Counted from the first letter of the stretch, positions 1 to 13,385 are shown. The stretch is 64,000 nucleotides of DNA from the human T2T-CHM13v2.0 reference genome, Homo sapiens (GCF_009914755.1 NC_060928.1), one strand, 5' to 3'. Made by a program: numbers and translations. The notes: generated from the letters alone by a model not told the origin.

Positions 1-781
1 ATGGAAATAAGCTTAAAGGCCTACATTGTTAGACCATTACATTGTTTTCAATTATATTTTACACTGGAATGAACCTCTTTGACCTCATTCTTGTTTATGT
101 CACAGACAAGATATGAGTTTCCCAAAATAGACTTAATTTATCAAAATAAACATGTATTTTAAGACTGCTGATGCACATAGGTTTTGTCATCTAGAAACTT
201 TGGAGTAACTTACCCTTCCATACCCAACTTATGAAGCTTCATATTTTATTGTATTCTCATTACCATCAAATATTAAAATTTCTAAACATTTCCTAATTGC
301 ACAGGCAGAAATGACATCTTGTTTTAATTAGGGGTTAAACGCAATTTAACTATTGAACTGTAAGCATTAGAAGACAATTGCTAATCAAGAGTCAGGCAAT
401 GATTACAGTGGATAAGGTATACAACATTAATTTATTTCATGCTAACATTGTTTCCTTTTGAGAGGAGCATCATAGAGATGGTATGTAATAGATGTCTGGA
501 GACATAATATAGTATATTAGTATTTGAGTTGTTGCAATGATTTAAGGGTCCTATAGGCATTTAGTAGGTAGAGGCCAGAAATGCCACATTGTTTTGCAGT
601 GCATTGGATGGTCCTTCATAAAAGTGTCTCGTCTCAAATGCTAAACACAATTTCCTTGAGAATCATTAGACTATAAGATGTAAATTGGGTCAATGGCAAC
701 CTAAGTGATCTCTGCAAGATCAATGATAATGCTTTTCTCTTGGCCTTCTCTCTTTTTCTCTTTTTTCCTCTCATTCTCCAG

Positions 782-818
782 ACACACACACACATACAAA
801 CACACACACATAAACACA
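782..818 (+). repeat. Imperfect (CA)n microsatellite
   Basis: acacacacacacatacaaacacacacacataaacaca. Confidence 0.9.
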
Positions 819-1254
819 TGCAAATACTAAATATTTAATTATAAATTCATGTAATGACTTGAATGTGTATAGCAGTAACATGTAGTTCAAATTCATCAGC
901 AGCAAATAGAAAAGTTTGACCAATGTCCTGGCTGAAAAAACAGATTCCAAGAATGTAAAGTATCAGAATGAAGGATCAAATCCTATTTTATTGTGGACAT
1001 TTACAACACTCCTTCTTCTCTTATAGAACTGAATCCATTTTAACTTGTATTGACATCGTTTGAATTAATTTTTTCACTTAGACTCTATGTGCCTTGACAG
1101 TATACCATTACTAGTCAACTCTGGAACGTGGTATATTTTAATTACTCTGTATCTATTTAACAACATAAAGAATAAGTGAATGAATATCATCACTTTGCAT
1201 CTATTCTCTATATAATCCCACTCACCAAGAAAATTGATGTTGGTAAAACGTACC

Positions 1255-1730
1255 ATTAAAAGTTTGGACAGGAAAAAAAGAAACCACCCAAGTATTTTTA
1301 ACAGGAAGGAATCTAAAGCAGGAATAGTCACTTGAAAACCCATGGAAAGTGCTATGGGAGCAATAGTTAGTGAGAAATTATTAACTTCTGGAAAATTAGG
1401 ACACAAGGAAATTGAGTGCAGATGTTGCCAATAATCTCAAAAATGAAGCAGGTAATTTGAAGAAGTTTACTCAGAACCTGTTGAAAACTGTACCTCTGCC
1501 CTCTGCCCACATTTCCCCTAGCTTCTACTATAGGAGAATGGTAATGACTACTCCTTTCTAGCCATGTTCTAAATCTCATATGAGTACCTCTTACAGGCAG
1601 ACCCTGAGCTTTGCCCAATGAGCCAGAAAAATCGGGAAATTACGTCTTCCAAGGTTCAAGCCACTGTGATATAATGAGAATATAGCAGGGGTGAGGATGG
1701 GAGTGAGTTGCCAGTAGTCAATCTACCACA
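1255..1730 (-). mobile_element. Possible ancient ERVL/MaLR-type LTR remnant, family not determined
   Basis: ggacaggaaaaaaagaaaccacccaagtattttta...ggaat resembles the reverse complement of old LTR 3' ends; ends in ...aatctaccaca (TG start on minus strand). Confidence 0.3.
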
Positions 1731-2640
1731 CTAGACAGCATTTCCAAATTCTGGATATTTTCATTTTTCATTTTGCTCCTTGAAACATAGTAGAACTATA
1801 CTATCTGTTCCATTTTTTTTCTCTTTCTGAATTACATTCATGTTTCAAAAGCAGGGCTGTAAAATATGTGTTCAGGATAGCATGGAGTTTTAGGGATATA
1901 GCTATGTGGAAGTATGACTCAGATGTGGAAGACATGGCAGAGCCTAGCTCCAAAGACCTCTAATTTCAGCAGCATCAAGCATATGAGAGCCTATATAAAA
2001 CACTGTGGAACGGTAAGTGGCTAGAAAAGGGACAAAGCCCAACAAACAAACATGAATTTGGAAGTGGATTTCAAGGGCAAGAATGAATTAGCTGGAGTTG
2101 GGCAGAAGTCAAAAAGATTCATGAAGATGATGTTAAGGTGATAATTGCAAAAATGAGAAGTGGAGGGCTTAAATTTGTGTGCTGTTGGCAGGTAAAAAGG
2201 AATTTCAAGGTAAAGAGACGTCATCAGGAAAATGAAGGATATCTACTGCAAAACTCAGAGATAATTTTGTTGGATACAATAATACAACTACAGCTGTCCT
2301 TGGTGATGAGTCACTCCTCTTGAGACATTGACATTCTGTGATTATAAGGGTTTGGTGTAAGACTTATAACAATCTCCCTTTCGTTTTTCAGTAATTTAGT
2401 GTTTTTTAATTTAAATTGTCTTTAACCCACTTCTTGTTGACATGCCTCACTCCTTTCCTTACTATGATTCCTAATTTAAGTCTTTAACATTAACATTCAG
2501 TGCGCGTTAAATAGAATTTGTCAGAAATTTTAAAAATCTTCATATTACATCCTTAAGGACTCCATGAGTCATGATGTGGTTTATGATTGTAAGGATCGGT
2601 GGGATGACAATTTGTTCATAAAAATGACTTTTTTTTAGAC

Positions 2641-3001
2641 CAATGGTTGGTGAACATTTTCTGTAAAGAGCCAAAAAGTAAATATTTTAGGTTTATTGAG
2701 TAAATAAAAAGGTAAATATTTTAGAGTATTTGCAAATTATCTTGCAAATGTTCTACTATGTGAAAGTAGCTGCAGGCAATATATAAATGTGTTTGTGGAT
2801 ATTTTTCAATAAAATACTTTTAATCGACAGTGAAATTTGAAATTTGATTTTCACATGATGTTCTTGTGTCAAAAAATATTATTCTTACTTTGATTTATTT
2901 CAGATATTTAGAGAAAGTAAAATTTATTCTTAGCCCTCACGCCATACAAAAATCAGACTGTAGGCTGGATTTGTCCAGTAAGCTATAATTTGCAAACTAT
3001 G
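2641..3001 (+). mobile_element. MER58B-like hAT-Charlie DNA transposon fossil
   Basis: Starts caatggttggtgaacattttctgtaaagagcca..gtaaatattttagg, ends ggctggatttgtcc..gctataatttgcaaactatg; both match MER58 termini. Confidence 0.8.
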
Positions 3002-3011
3002 CTTTAAGTAT

Positions 3012-3488
3012 ATAGTACCCACCAGCCACATGTGGTTACTGATCACATAGAATGTAGCTGGTATGACTGAATAACATACTTATTTATTTAACTTTAAATG
3101 TCAAGAAAGATGGTTTAGTTATTGTAAAATTTTAAGTATGTTTGGAAGAAGTTGAGTATGTAAATCTACGTTCTAACTACAAATTTCATGAGTATAAATA
3201 GCAATTAAGTATTTCTAATTAGAGTTTAACATTAAAATTGAAATATACTTAAAGTATATAAAATATATACCAGGTTTTGAAGACTTGGTATAAAAAAAGT
3301 AAAATATGTTATCAATAATCTTCTATAATGAATACATGTTGAAATGATTAAAAAACCAAATATATTGGTCTAAATAAGATATATCATTAAAGGTAATTGT
3401 ATCTGTTTATTTTCTTATTATAATGTGGCTACTAGAAAATGTACAATTGCATGCGTGGTTCACCTTTATTTTTCTATTGGCAGAGCTA
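3012..3488 (+). mobile_element. MER3/MER33/Charlie1-type hAT DNA transposon fossil
   Basis: accagccacatgtggttactgatcac at start; taatgtggctactagaaaat...tttctattggcagagct at end. Confidence 0.75.
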
Positions 3489-3499
3489 CCCTAGACACA

Positions 3500-3880
3500 T
3501 AGCTGGGCTACATTTCCAGGCCTCTCACAATTTGGCAGGACTACATGACTGAATTCAGGTCAAAGGAATGCTGGCAGTAGTGAAATAGGGCACTTCTAAA
3601 TAAGGCCCATCAATGTTACCAGGTTTTTTCTTTTCACCTGCATGCCAACTAAATGCAGATCACTCAGAAGAAAACTAGGAGACCTTAGAACATGCTGGCA
3701 TAGAAAGATGGAAGGACCCCACATCCTGAGAGACTGCTCAGGGTCCAAATGGCCTAGAGAACCACCCAACCCCATAAACCTATTTTCAACTATAAGGTAA
3801 ACAGGAAATAAACTTTTATGATGTAAGCCACTGAAATGTGTATATTGTTTTTATGTTAGATATTCCATCCTAATTCAATA
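3500..3880 (+). mobile_element. MLT1 (H/I/J-type) MaLR solo LTR
   Basis: ctacatttccaggcctc...catgactgaattcaggtcaaaggaatg; 3' ggaaataaacttttatgatgtaagccactgaaat. Confidence 0.65.
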
Positions 3881-3899
3881 AGCTTAAAGATATAATCCT

Positions 3900-6282
3900 T
3901 GTAACCAGGAAAGAGCACAGGGAGTAAATTCATGCTTTGAACAACTGGATATTTGGAAAAAATATCTAAAACAACAATTTTCAGATTTGGAAAATTGGAA
4001 GCATAGGACTATGATCTCAGAGAGGGGAAACAGCAAATTAAACCCTGTGTTTCTATATTTGCATGAGCTTCCTCCCTGGATGAAGTTTTCAGACTTCAAA
4101 GTAGAGAGAGAGAGACAAACAGAGCCAGGTGGTGTTTCTGAGTAAAGGAAACAGAAATCAGAATTTGGGAAGCCAAGGAAACCGGAATTTGTAGGACAGA
4201 GAACTGAAGAAGAGAGTGACATGAAAAGATGTAGTCAGAGAGAGAGATCTCCAAAGAGCTATGAAAGGTCCTCCTCAACAATTAGGCTAATATTGACCAG
4301 TGCATGTATGAAAGGAAACTATCTGAGACAAGGGAGAGTACCACTTAAAAAGAGCAAACAGAATGAATTCTGGTATTCACAATGAGAGTCAGGAAGAGCT
4401 GTCTCCATCAGCTGACATAGAAAGATGTAGTAATAAATAAGACATTAGGTAGGGCATTGCCTTAGTCAGGCAAAACTAACTTAACTCTAGAATAAATGTC
4501 CAGGACCCAGTCTGAAAGCCTTGAAAAAAATTAAGCTACTTATAAGAAACTGAACTGCACACTAAAACAAAATAAAACACTGCTTAAGGGGAATGCAGAA
4601 ATATCTCACAACCAACAACTTAAAAGTTTGTATTACAGTATCGAATAAAAATTATCAGACATGTAAAGAAGTAGAAAAAGATTACCTAGAAGCAGAAAAG
4701 AAATAATCAAAAGAAATTTAGAACAAAGAACGTTTCCAACGTTAAAGAGGAAGACTCATAGTGATAAATGGGTCACTTCATTAAGAGGAGCTAACAATTC
4801 TAAATGTGCTTGCTTCAGACAACAAGATAGGGCTTGAAGGAAAAAAAAGGGGAAATATATAGAATCTACAAGTATAATAATTGACAGAACAATTAGACAG
4901 AAAATCCACGAAGACATCAAAGACTTGAACAAAACTATTAAATAATTAGATTTAATTAACATTTAAAATACACTCCACTCAATGACAACAGAATATGTAT
5001 TCTTCTGAAGTGAACATAAAACATTCAATGAGATAGATCAAATTAAGGCCATAAAACAAGTTTGAATATATTTAAAGGAATTAATCATGTAAGCTATGTT
5101 CCTGATGAAAATGGAATCATTAGAAATCAACACAAGAAAGATATCTGGAAAATTATCCAATATTTGTACTTTAACAAAACAGCATATTGCTAGCATGTGA
5201 GTTAAAGAAAAAGTCCCAAAGTTAATTAGAAAAAAAGTAAAATTTGAGCTAAATGGAATTTAAAACATACATATGTGGGTGTTTGTCTAACAACATTAAA
5301 ATAGTACGTAAAGGGACATTTCCTTCATTAAAACTTAATATTAAAAAAATCTCAAATTTGTAATCTAAGTTTTTATATTAAGAAAGTAAAGAAATAAGAG
5401 TAAATCAAAACCAGGAAGGAAGGAAGGAAACCAATAATTAAGGAAGGAAACAAGTAAGGAAGGAAAAAATAAAGATAAGAATACAAATAAAAATATACAA
5501 AATAGAAAAGCAATACAGAAAATCAGTGATCACAAGTAATGGTCCTTTGTAAGGGCTAATACTATAAACCTTCTAAGGTTTTCTAAGAAATTTTCTAAGA
5601 AGAAAATATTTGTGAACTTGAGTTGGGTAAAATTTCTTAAATAAGTCACAAGAGCACTTAAAACTTTTAAAAATATTTGTTACATTAGACTTCATCAAAA
5701 TTAATAGCATATTTCTCCTTGAAAGACATTGATAAAAAAAATAAGGGAAGCCACAGACTAAGAGAAAGTATTTTTAAAGTATATGCCTGATTAAACACGT
5801 ATTTCTATTATAAATGAAGAACTCTTACGACTTAATAAACATGACAACCCAACAAAAAATGACCAAAGGTTTCGAATATATGCTGCACCAAATAAGATAT
5901 AGTATCTGCTATATCTTAACTATAGAGGATAGTTAGTCTTTAGTATTAGCCATTATACAATTTTAATACTAAAGATTAACTATATCAACTAAAGTTGAAG
6001 CTGTGAAGCAACTTATTCAGCCACTTTAAAAGTCAAGCAAAAATTGTTTTCATTTATATGAGTTTCTAGTAATGTCAAAATAATAGGGGCAGAAATTATA
6101 TTGTAAATTAGTGTTAGCCATGAAACAGAATTAAGGGGAGACTATAGGCTTCAGAGTGGCACAGGATAACTTTTTTCTTTGATAAAATTGTTTTCTACCA
6201 TGATCATAGTGGTGGTTACTCTATGGAATGTCTCTGTCAAAATTCAAAATATGGTGAATTTTATTGCATCCAAATAACATAA
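3900..6282 (+). mobile_element. Old, heavily deleted L1M (MC/ME-type): 5' region, ORF2 remnants and 3' end
   Basis: A-rich plus strand; ORF2 EN-region remnants ~4760-5560 (gacagaaaatccacgaagacatcaaagacttgaacaaaactatt); late ORF2/3' region 5600-6280 (ttagacttcatcaaaattaa, gccacagactaagagaaagtattt, tctgtcaaaattca...gaattttattg). Confidence 0.7.
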
Positions 6283-6285
6283 AAC

Positions 6286-6361
6286 TGGTTTACCATTCAA
6301 GTAGTAACCAGGCTTAACCCTGCTTAGCTTCCAAGATCAGACAAGATTGGACATGTTCAGG
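6286..6361 (-). pseudogene. 5S rRNA pseudogene fragment (approx. nt 18-93 of 5S rRNA)
   Basis: tggtttaccattcaagtagtaaccaggcttaaccctgcttagcttccaagatcagacaagattggacatgttcagg aligns ungapped to the reverse complement of human 5S rRNA; hand count 62/76 identical, 8 of 14 differences at CpG. Confidence 0.92.
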
Positions 6362-7419
6362 CATGGGCAAAGACTTCATGACTAAAACATCAAAAGCAAT
6401 GGCAACAAAAGCCAGAATAGACAAATGAGATCTAAGTAAACTAAAGAGCTTCTGCACAGCAAAAGAAACTATCATTAGAGTGAACAGGCAACCTACAGAA
6501 TGGGAGAAAATTTTTGCAATCTGTCCATCTGGAAAAGGGCTAATATCCAGAATCTGCAAGGAACTTAAACAAATGTGCAAGAAAAAAACAAACAACTCCA
6601 TTGAAAAGTGAGCGAAGGATATGAACAGACACTTCTCAAAAGAAGACATTTATGTGGCCAACAGACATATGAAAAAAAGCTCATAATCACTGATCATTAG
6701 AGAAATGCAAATCAAAACCACAATGAGATGCCATCTCATGCCAGTTAGGAAGGCGATCATTAAAAAGTTGGGAAACAACAGATGCTGGGGAGTATGTGGA
6801 GCAATAGGAATGCTTTTACACTGTTGGTGGGAGTGTAAATGAGTTCAACCATTGTGGAAGACAGTGTGGCAATTCCTGAAGGAACTAGAACCAGAAATAC
6901 CATTTGACCCAGCAATCCCATTACTGGGTATATACCCAAAGGATTATAAATCATTCTGCTATAAAGACACATGCACATGTATGTTTATTGCAGCACTGTT
7001 CACAATAGCAAAGACTTGGAACCAACCCAAATGCCTATCAATTACAGACTGGATAAAGAAAATGTGGCACATATACACCATGGAATACTAGGCAGCCATA
7101 AAAAAGGATGAGTTCACGTCCTTTGCAGGGATATGGATAGAGCTGGAAGCCATTATCCTCAGCAAACTAACCCAGGAACAGAAAACCAAACACTGCATGT
7201 TCTCACGTGAAAGTGGGCGTTGAACAATGAGAACACATTAACACAGGGGAAAGGGAACATCACATATCAGGGCCTGTCAAGGGGTGGGGGGCTAGGGGAG
7301 GGATACCTAATGTAGATGATGGGTTGATGGGTGCAGCAAACCACCATGGCACATGCATACCTATGTAACAAATCTGCATGTTCTGCACATGTATTCCCGA
7401 ACTTACTGTACAATAAAAA
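6359..7419 (+). mobile_element. 5'-truncated L1PA (L1PA7/8-like): ORF2 C-terminus and 3' UTR
   Basis: aggcatgggcaaagacttcatgactaaaaca start; ORF 6852-7091 is ORF2 C-terminal (EIPFDPAIPLLGIYPK...KKMWHIYTMEY); G-rich 3' UTR; aataaa and A-rich tail. Confidence 0.95.
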
Positions 7420-9104
7420 GGAATAAATAAATAAATATTTGTTGAATGAAAAAAAATTTTTAGTTTGAAGTAATTAGGTAGATAGATAACTAAATATATA
7501 GAAAGTTGAATTTAAAGGTGAATTTTAGGGGGAATCAAATTGTTTTTACCCAATTGCAATATCATGTCACCAAGGCAAGATGTCTTGAGTGCAGTGCCTC
7601 CATAAAGAGATTAAGACTGAGTCATTACAAGATGTCAAGTCTATGTAAATGAATGCTGGTATAACATTTGAAAAGCATATTTGCATGAAAAGCTCCAATT
7701 TGTTCCTGATATTTTATACAGATTGTTCTTTCTTTTCAAAAAGTTTTTTGAAGGATAGGGCACAGATAAAACCTCTGTTAGAGTTGTGGAAAAGCATGGT
7801 AAATGGTTCAATATCACTGAGACATTTCCTGCTGTTGTTTTAGCAAAATAAGAAATAAAGATACATAAGAAGATAAAATGTGATAATAGAATCATAAATG
7901 GAACATTTTTTAAAAGTCAAAAAATCTAGTTTAAAAATATTTCATTGATTTGATTTCATTATCTTATAAAATATACCTTTTCACTGCTCTCCATTTTTAT
8001 AATATTTAGTATTTAATAATTTCTTTCTACACAAAGTATCTTTTTTTTTTGCATGATATCTATGTTTTGTAAGAGACAAAAAGTATCTTTCTTTGGTGTT
8101 CATTCTCATGTTACTTGAGAGAAAACAATGGAATTTAAGATTACTTAAATGGTCAAACACTGCCAAAATCGATTAATTGGACTGCACTGTTGAAGATCAA
8201 GTGGCTGGTGGAGAGGGTCTCTAATCATGTCCTCTCTGTTTTTTGGCTAAACATTGTACTAACAAGACCCAGTCAGCTGTCTTAAAAGCGTGCACTCAAT
8301 AAAAATTCTGGTATTAATAAAGTTGTTGCCTCATTATATATCTCTCTTGACGGATGATAAAACAACTCTTCTTATTAAGGGAAAGCATCTTTAAAAAGTT
8401 TGTGCAGAGTCAGCCACTTTTAAAAGTTTGACACAGGTTGTATTACAAAGTCTTCTCTACACTCATATAGTAAAAGAGTACTTATTAATCTTTAACTTGG
8501 AGACTAGAAAAGCTACAGGCTTTGACCAAAATCTAGGAGTTACATCACAGAAGAAGGATTTTACATCCTCTGGCTCTTAATTTTGTTGCTTTTTCCATTG
8601 TGCCATGCTGTATCTTTCTATAATTCATGGATAATACAATTATTTTATAATGACTCAAATTCCATAGTGAAAAGGCAATAGGCATAAAAAATATAGAGAA
8701 AGTAGTCAGCTTTGATTATTTTTCAGATTCTATTCCTTGCAGTAATTCTAGGAGTAATAAATGAGTAGTCATTGTTTACGTCAATATTCTATGTATCTAT
8801 TTATTTACTCCCATGAGACATTTGTGGCGTCTCTCTTTTCCTCTTTCATTTATATTGCCCAAATATCCTGTCTTCTGATCGCAATCACAATTTGGAAAGA
8901 TCTTTATCTAAAAACAAAGAAAGTATGAGTCACAAAACTGATATGGTTTACCATCTTTCCTATAAACAAACATCCCAATTTTTCTCCATAACACAAAGCT
9001 CCTTTTCCCTTTTTGCCAATTACTCACTAGATAGCAGGGACAATGGTTTCATTTGGAACTTTCACCTTTCTCTTGAAGCAGAACTCCTTTCCTTGGATAC
9101 CCTC

Positions 9105-9606
9105 TGTCTTCTAGCAAATGGGCTTGGGGAAGTGGTAACTCTTTATCCAGTTTCAGAAATGGGTGTATGAGCTGACTTTAAGCTGATCAGGTTACTCTCT
9201 TCTTCTAGTCTCCTAGTCTCAGTTATTGATCCAGAGAAGACCACATGGCAAAAGTTAATCTAGTCTAAGACAATTATGGCTCTTTTTCTGGCATAAGTAG
9301 AAAACTGCTTCCCCTCTTTTGGAGTTGTTAAGAAAATAGGATGTAGGCTCCACATTGCTGTCACTCTCATGTTATCTTGAGAAGAAAGCTGCCTGAAAAT
9401 AGAGACACTCTCAGGAAATGAGGACCAAGTGATAGAAAAATGAGTGAGCACTGATGATGTTGTCTGAGTTACTAAATTCAGCTGTCTCACAAGCCAGAAC
9501 CAATTTATGTCTTTGCAATTATAGATTCCATCAAACCTCCCTATTGTTTAAACAAAAATGAATTGGGTTTTTACCTTTTACATCAGAAAACGTCTGCAAT
9601 AATACA
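9105..9606 (+). mobile_element. MLT1 (K/L-type) MaLR LTR remnant
   Basis: Ends ttgtttaaac...aattgggtttttaccttttacatcagaaaa...aataca, a typical old MLT1 3' terminus. Confidence 0.5.
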
Positions 9607-10879
9607 TTCATCAAACCTCTTCCTCTTTGTGTTTTTTCCTACTCACAAAACATAAATAGCCTTATTCCCTGGCACTGATTCCGAAAAACATGTATGATAA
9701 TAACATTGAGATTCAAAATGCAAATGGAATCTGCATTTAACTTATTTTCTCTATCCTACAAGTAGGGTCACTAGTTAGATACATGGAGAGAACGGTACCC
9801 AGAAAAGATGGGCAAAAGGCTAATTTCTTCATCCTAGGCCAGACTTCTTTGGTTCAAGTCTAAATGTCTCTGGAAATGAGCCTTATTACAAAGGCTGTTA
9901 TCATTTGTTTTGTATTAGTTATGTTTTTCCCACAGATTATCTATCTGGTGGAACAACAGTCAAGTATCCTCAATGCGTGGCCACTGGGTTTACTTTCTAT
10001 TGCTTTTATGGGTTTACATATAATTCTTTTGCTAACTACAGGATATTTTCTTTAATCTATTTGATTAAGCAAGCCAGGAATTAGAACGAAAGATAATGTT
10101 TTCTAAATTCCTTTCTGATGAATAATAAATGTCACTAAGGAATTAGATAGTAGGAGGTAGTTGCCTGGGCCATCTGCTGCATATGGGAACAGAGAAAGAT
10201 ATTAAACTTTAAATTAGGTATTGCTTCACAGAACCTAGAAGATGAAAGGAAATACACACTAAACTGGAAGATAATCATCAATTCTTATCAGTCAACTTAT
10301 TTCTTTGAAAGGGTAAAAAAAATAACTATTGCTTTTTATTCCTGGTCAACATATTTTGTATTGAGTTGAATATGGAAAATCTATAATGAGCATATCTCTT
10401 CTTCAGTTTGATGTATTTTCAGATTTCTACAAGTAAAATGTACAGTTTTTTAAAATACACAACTGATGAACATCTAAGAAAAAAAAAAGACTTTTTTTCC
10501 CCAACATATGTAATATACCAAAGAAACAAAGTCTCATTTCCATGGCAACTATATCATAGGTCAAAGGAGAAAAATAGAACATTTATGGGTATGTGCATTT
10601 ACTTTAAAAATTATTCACTGAGTTTTGATCGTTAACATTATGGTTAATTTTAATGAAAAGAGGAACACTCTCTTAGTTCACTTTTTCTATATAATTATTC
10701 ATAAGGAAAATATCTATTTATATGCTACAAATTTCTGCTGTTTTGATATGATTTCTGTTTAAAGAGGATTTACTGGAAACAGATTTTTATGAGAGTCTTG
10801 TAAATACTAGAAAGGATGCTATGAAAATAATTTATTGTGGTAGTTAGTAGTATAGCTTCAAAGTCAAGCAAAGAGATTA

Positions 10880-10970
10880 GATAAAAATTGTGTATATGAC
10901 ATTTGGACAAGTTACTTAATTTCCTCAAATCTCAATTTATTCTTCTTTAAAATGGATAAATATTCTTACT
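10880..10970 (+). mobile_element. MIR core fragment
   Basis: tgacatttggacaagttacttaatttcctcaaatctcaatttattcttctttaaaatgg. Confidence 0.7.
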
Positions 10971-11039
10971 TTCACCAAGTACAGAAAATAATATAAAATA
11001 AGACATAGCAATAAAAATCTGGCAAATTATCTGAAAAAG

Positions 11040-11560
11040 TAATTCAAAATGAAGACGATAGATACATAATAAACATGTTAAGAACACTCAACTTCATTAC
11101 TCATTAGATAAAAACACATCTGCCACCTTTCACCTGCTAAATTTAAAAATTTTTAAAGATGAAAAGTGTAGAAGGGAAGAATAATTCTCACGTACTGTTG
11201 CTGGTGGTATAAGTTAAACAAGATTTTAGAATAACATTTAGGAAGTGCCTGAGAAATTTTAAGATGCATCTACTCTTTTATCTATTTATGTCATGTTAGA
11301 AATCAATCCTACTGAGACACTAAGGCAACTTTACAGCCATGTATGTAAAAGGATCTCTATTGCTGTACTATTTGTAAAAGTAAAATATTGAACTAATTTA
11401 AATATCCATAAGCAGATGAAGTGACAACTACACTGGGAAACACTATGCAGTCTTAAGATAAATGAAGTGAATGTGTGTGCAGTGACATTGAAAGATGTCC
11501 ATAAAATACTGTTTTCATTTTAAAAGATGGAAAAAAACTTAAGTAATAAAATCTTTTTGA
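11040..11560 (+). mobile_element. Old L1ME 3' fragment
   Basis: aaacatgttaagaacactcaacttcattactcattag...ctcacgtactgttgctggtggtataagtt...aaatatccataagcag. Confidence 0.6.
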
Positions 11561-13385
11561 TCATGGATGCATGCTTCTAGGAATGTATTAGGTTTAATAT
11601 GAAAATGTAAAACTGCATTAGGGTAAATAATATTTTATAAATGATTCAGCAACATTTCTGGCACAAAAATGGTTAAATATTATTATTTCTCTAAGTATTT
11701 AATATTTTGATTCACCATGCATAAATAGCTAATAGAACTGTGGTCATCTAGAAATGAAAACTTAGAATGAAAACAATCGCATCAAGATAAGGTTGCCATG
11801 GGGATCCTTCCAGAGTGTAAACTGCATTAGTTTACAAAGAATTTAAAGTATTAAGACATGAATTTCTGTCTCTTCTTTCTGCTGCTGTGGATTAAATAGC
11901 AAAAGTATTATAATGCATCTTTCTTCCTCCGTCCTCTTTTAGAAAAAGGCTTTCATCTGCTTTCATATTCTGAATTCCTTGCTTTTTTTGTTATTTATTT
12001 TAAATGAGGATCGTTTTTGTGTATATGGTAGAAATCTTAGAATTTAGAAGATAGGGCCTGCAAATGCATCAGGTCAGATATGATGAAGATGGATGAGGAT
12101 GGAAGCTGGCAAAGCCAGGGGAGAAGAGAATGTCCTAATCTTGGCAGGAAAGATTCACATTCCCTCAAACTAGAAAGAAAAGTGGTGCGATTTTTATGGG
12201 GTAGTCACATTTTTCCCACTGGTATCAACATCCCAAGGAGACAAAACATCATCTGGGGATGGCTGCATGGCTGCTTTGAGACTGAACCATAGGTGCTGTG
12301 TGCACTGGGTCTAGCTTTGACTAGAGTGGGTTGATGCATTGGAGAAATCTCCCAACAGAATAGGGTACAAGGGTTTGGTAAATAAATTGTAGTGAAAACC
12401 AGAGACTTTTTCTTAATCTTTGGACTGTGTAAGTGCCATATATCTTGTAAAATGCTCTGGGAAAACGGAGGAAGTTGCTCTGACTGTCAATAATTAAACT
12501 AGATGACTTGCCAACCAGAAAATGGTGTTTAAGACAATATAATTCGATTTATAAAAATACTGAAATACAATCTATCTAGCTATACGTGCCAGACACAGCC
12601 ATTTCCTGTTTCTAGCCTAAATAAGATTATGTAATTTAACACTTAGTAGGTGGTTAATAGATATAAGTTTGATTCTAATTACAGAGCTTTAACATTTTAG
12701 AACTAGAAGTGATCATTCTGAAATTTCTTCTCTTTGATTAAAAGAATGACAAACTAAGGTCCAGAGGTATTATATGCCTTTCACAAGGACACATAATGGC
12801 TTTCGGGACTCTTTTTGAGACATGAAATGAAATATAGGATAAATTTTCTAAACTGGATTTGATGATAACTGGTCATATTTGCCTGATCAGATGGTGATTT
12901 GTATTATTTTACCCTATTTATGATTTATACCAACTGCATGGCAAATATTGAGCATGAACTATCTGCACTGACTGTTAAAATGTGAAGTTAAGTGGATTAC
13001 CATAGTTCATGAGTTCTGCACATTTTTTGACTATTAAATTTATCATTTGCATCCCTAACTAACACACAAAATAAATATTTTTCCAACATCAACAGAAAAA
13101 AAATAAGTGTTTACTGGTTAATTTTCTGTTTATCATTACTTCCCGGAAAAGTTTATAAAGTTTACAGGCTTTTCAATTACTTGAGTCCTATTTAAAAATG
13201 CATCAACAACTTACAGGCATATATAGTTATAGAATGAACAAACTTGTCAATAATACAGCTAGGATGAAGAGCTAAAGTTAAAATTCCTGGGAAACATAAG
13301 CAAAATATGGAACTATCTCACCAAGTTGAAGCAATAGATACTTGTTAACTAGAGAGATGGAGAGTAATTGATAACAATACATTTA

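Noticed and set aside
6852-7091. ORFs with real protein similarity (also 28025-28348, 34672-34893)
   Set aside because: Fragments of L1 ORF2 in truncated, frameshifted copies; not host genes.
7281-7303. G-quadruplex-like G-runs (also ~28825-28848)
   Set aside because: Standard G-rich tract of the L1PA 3' UTR.
7420-7456. Possible 3' transduction after the L1PA tail (aataaatatttgttgaatg + A-run)
   Set aside because: Resembles a generic L2 3' end or flanking DNA; cannot be assigned without a TSD.
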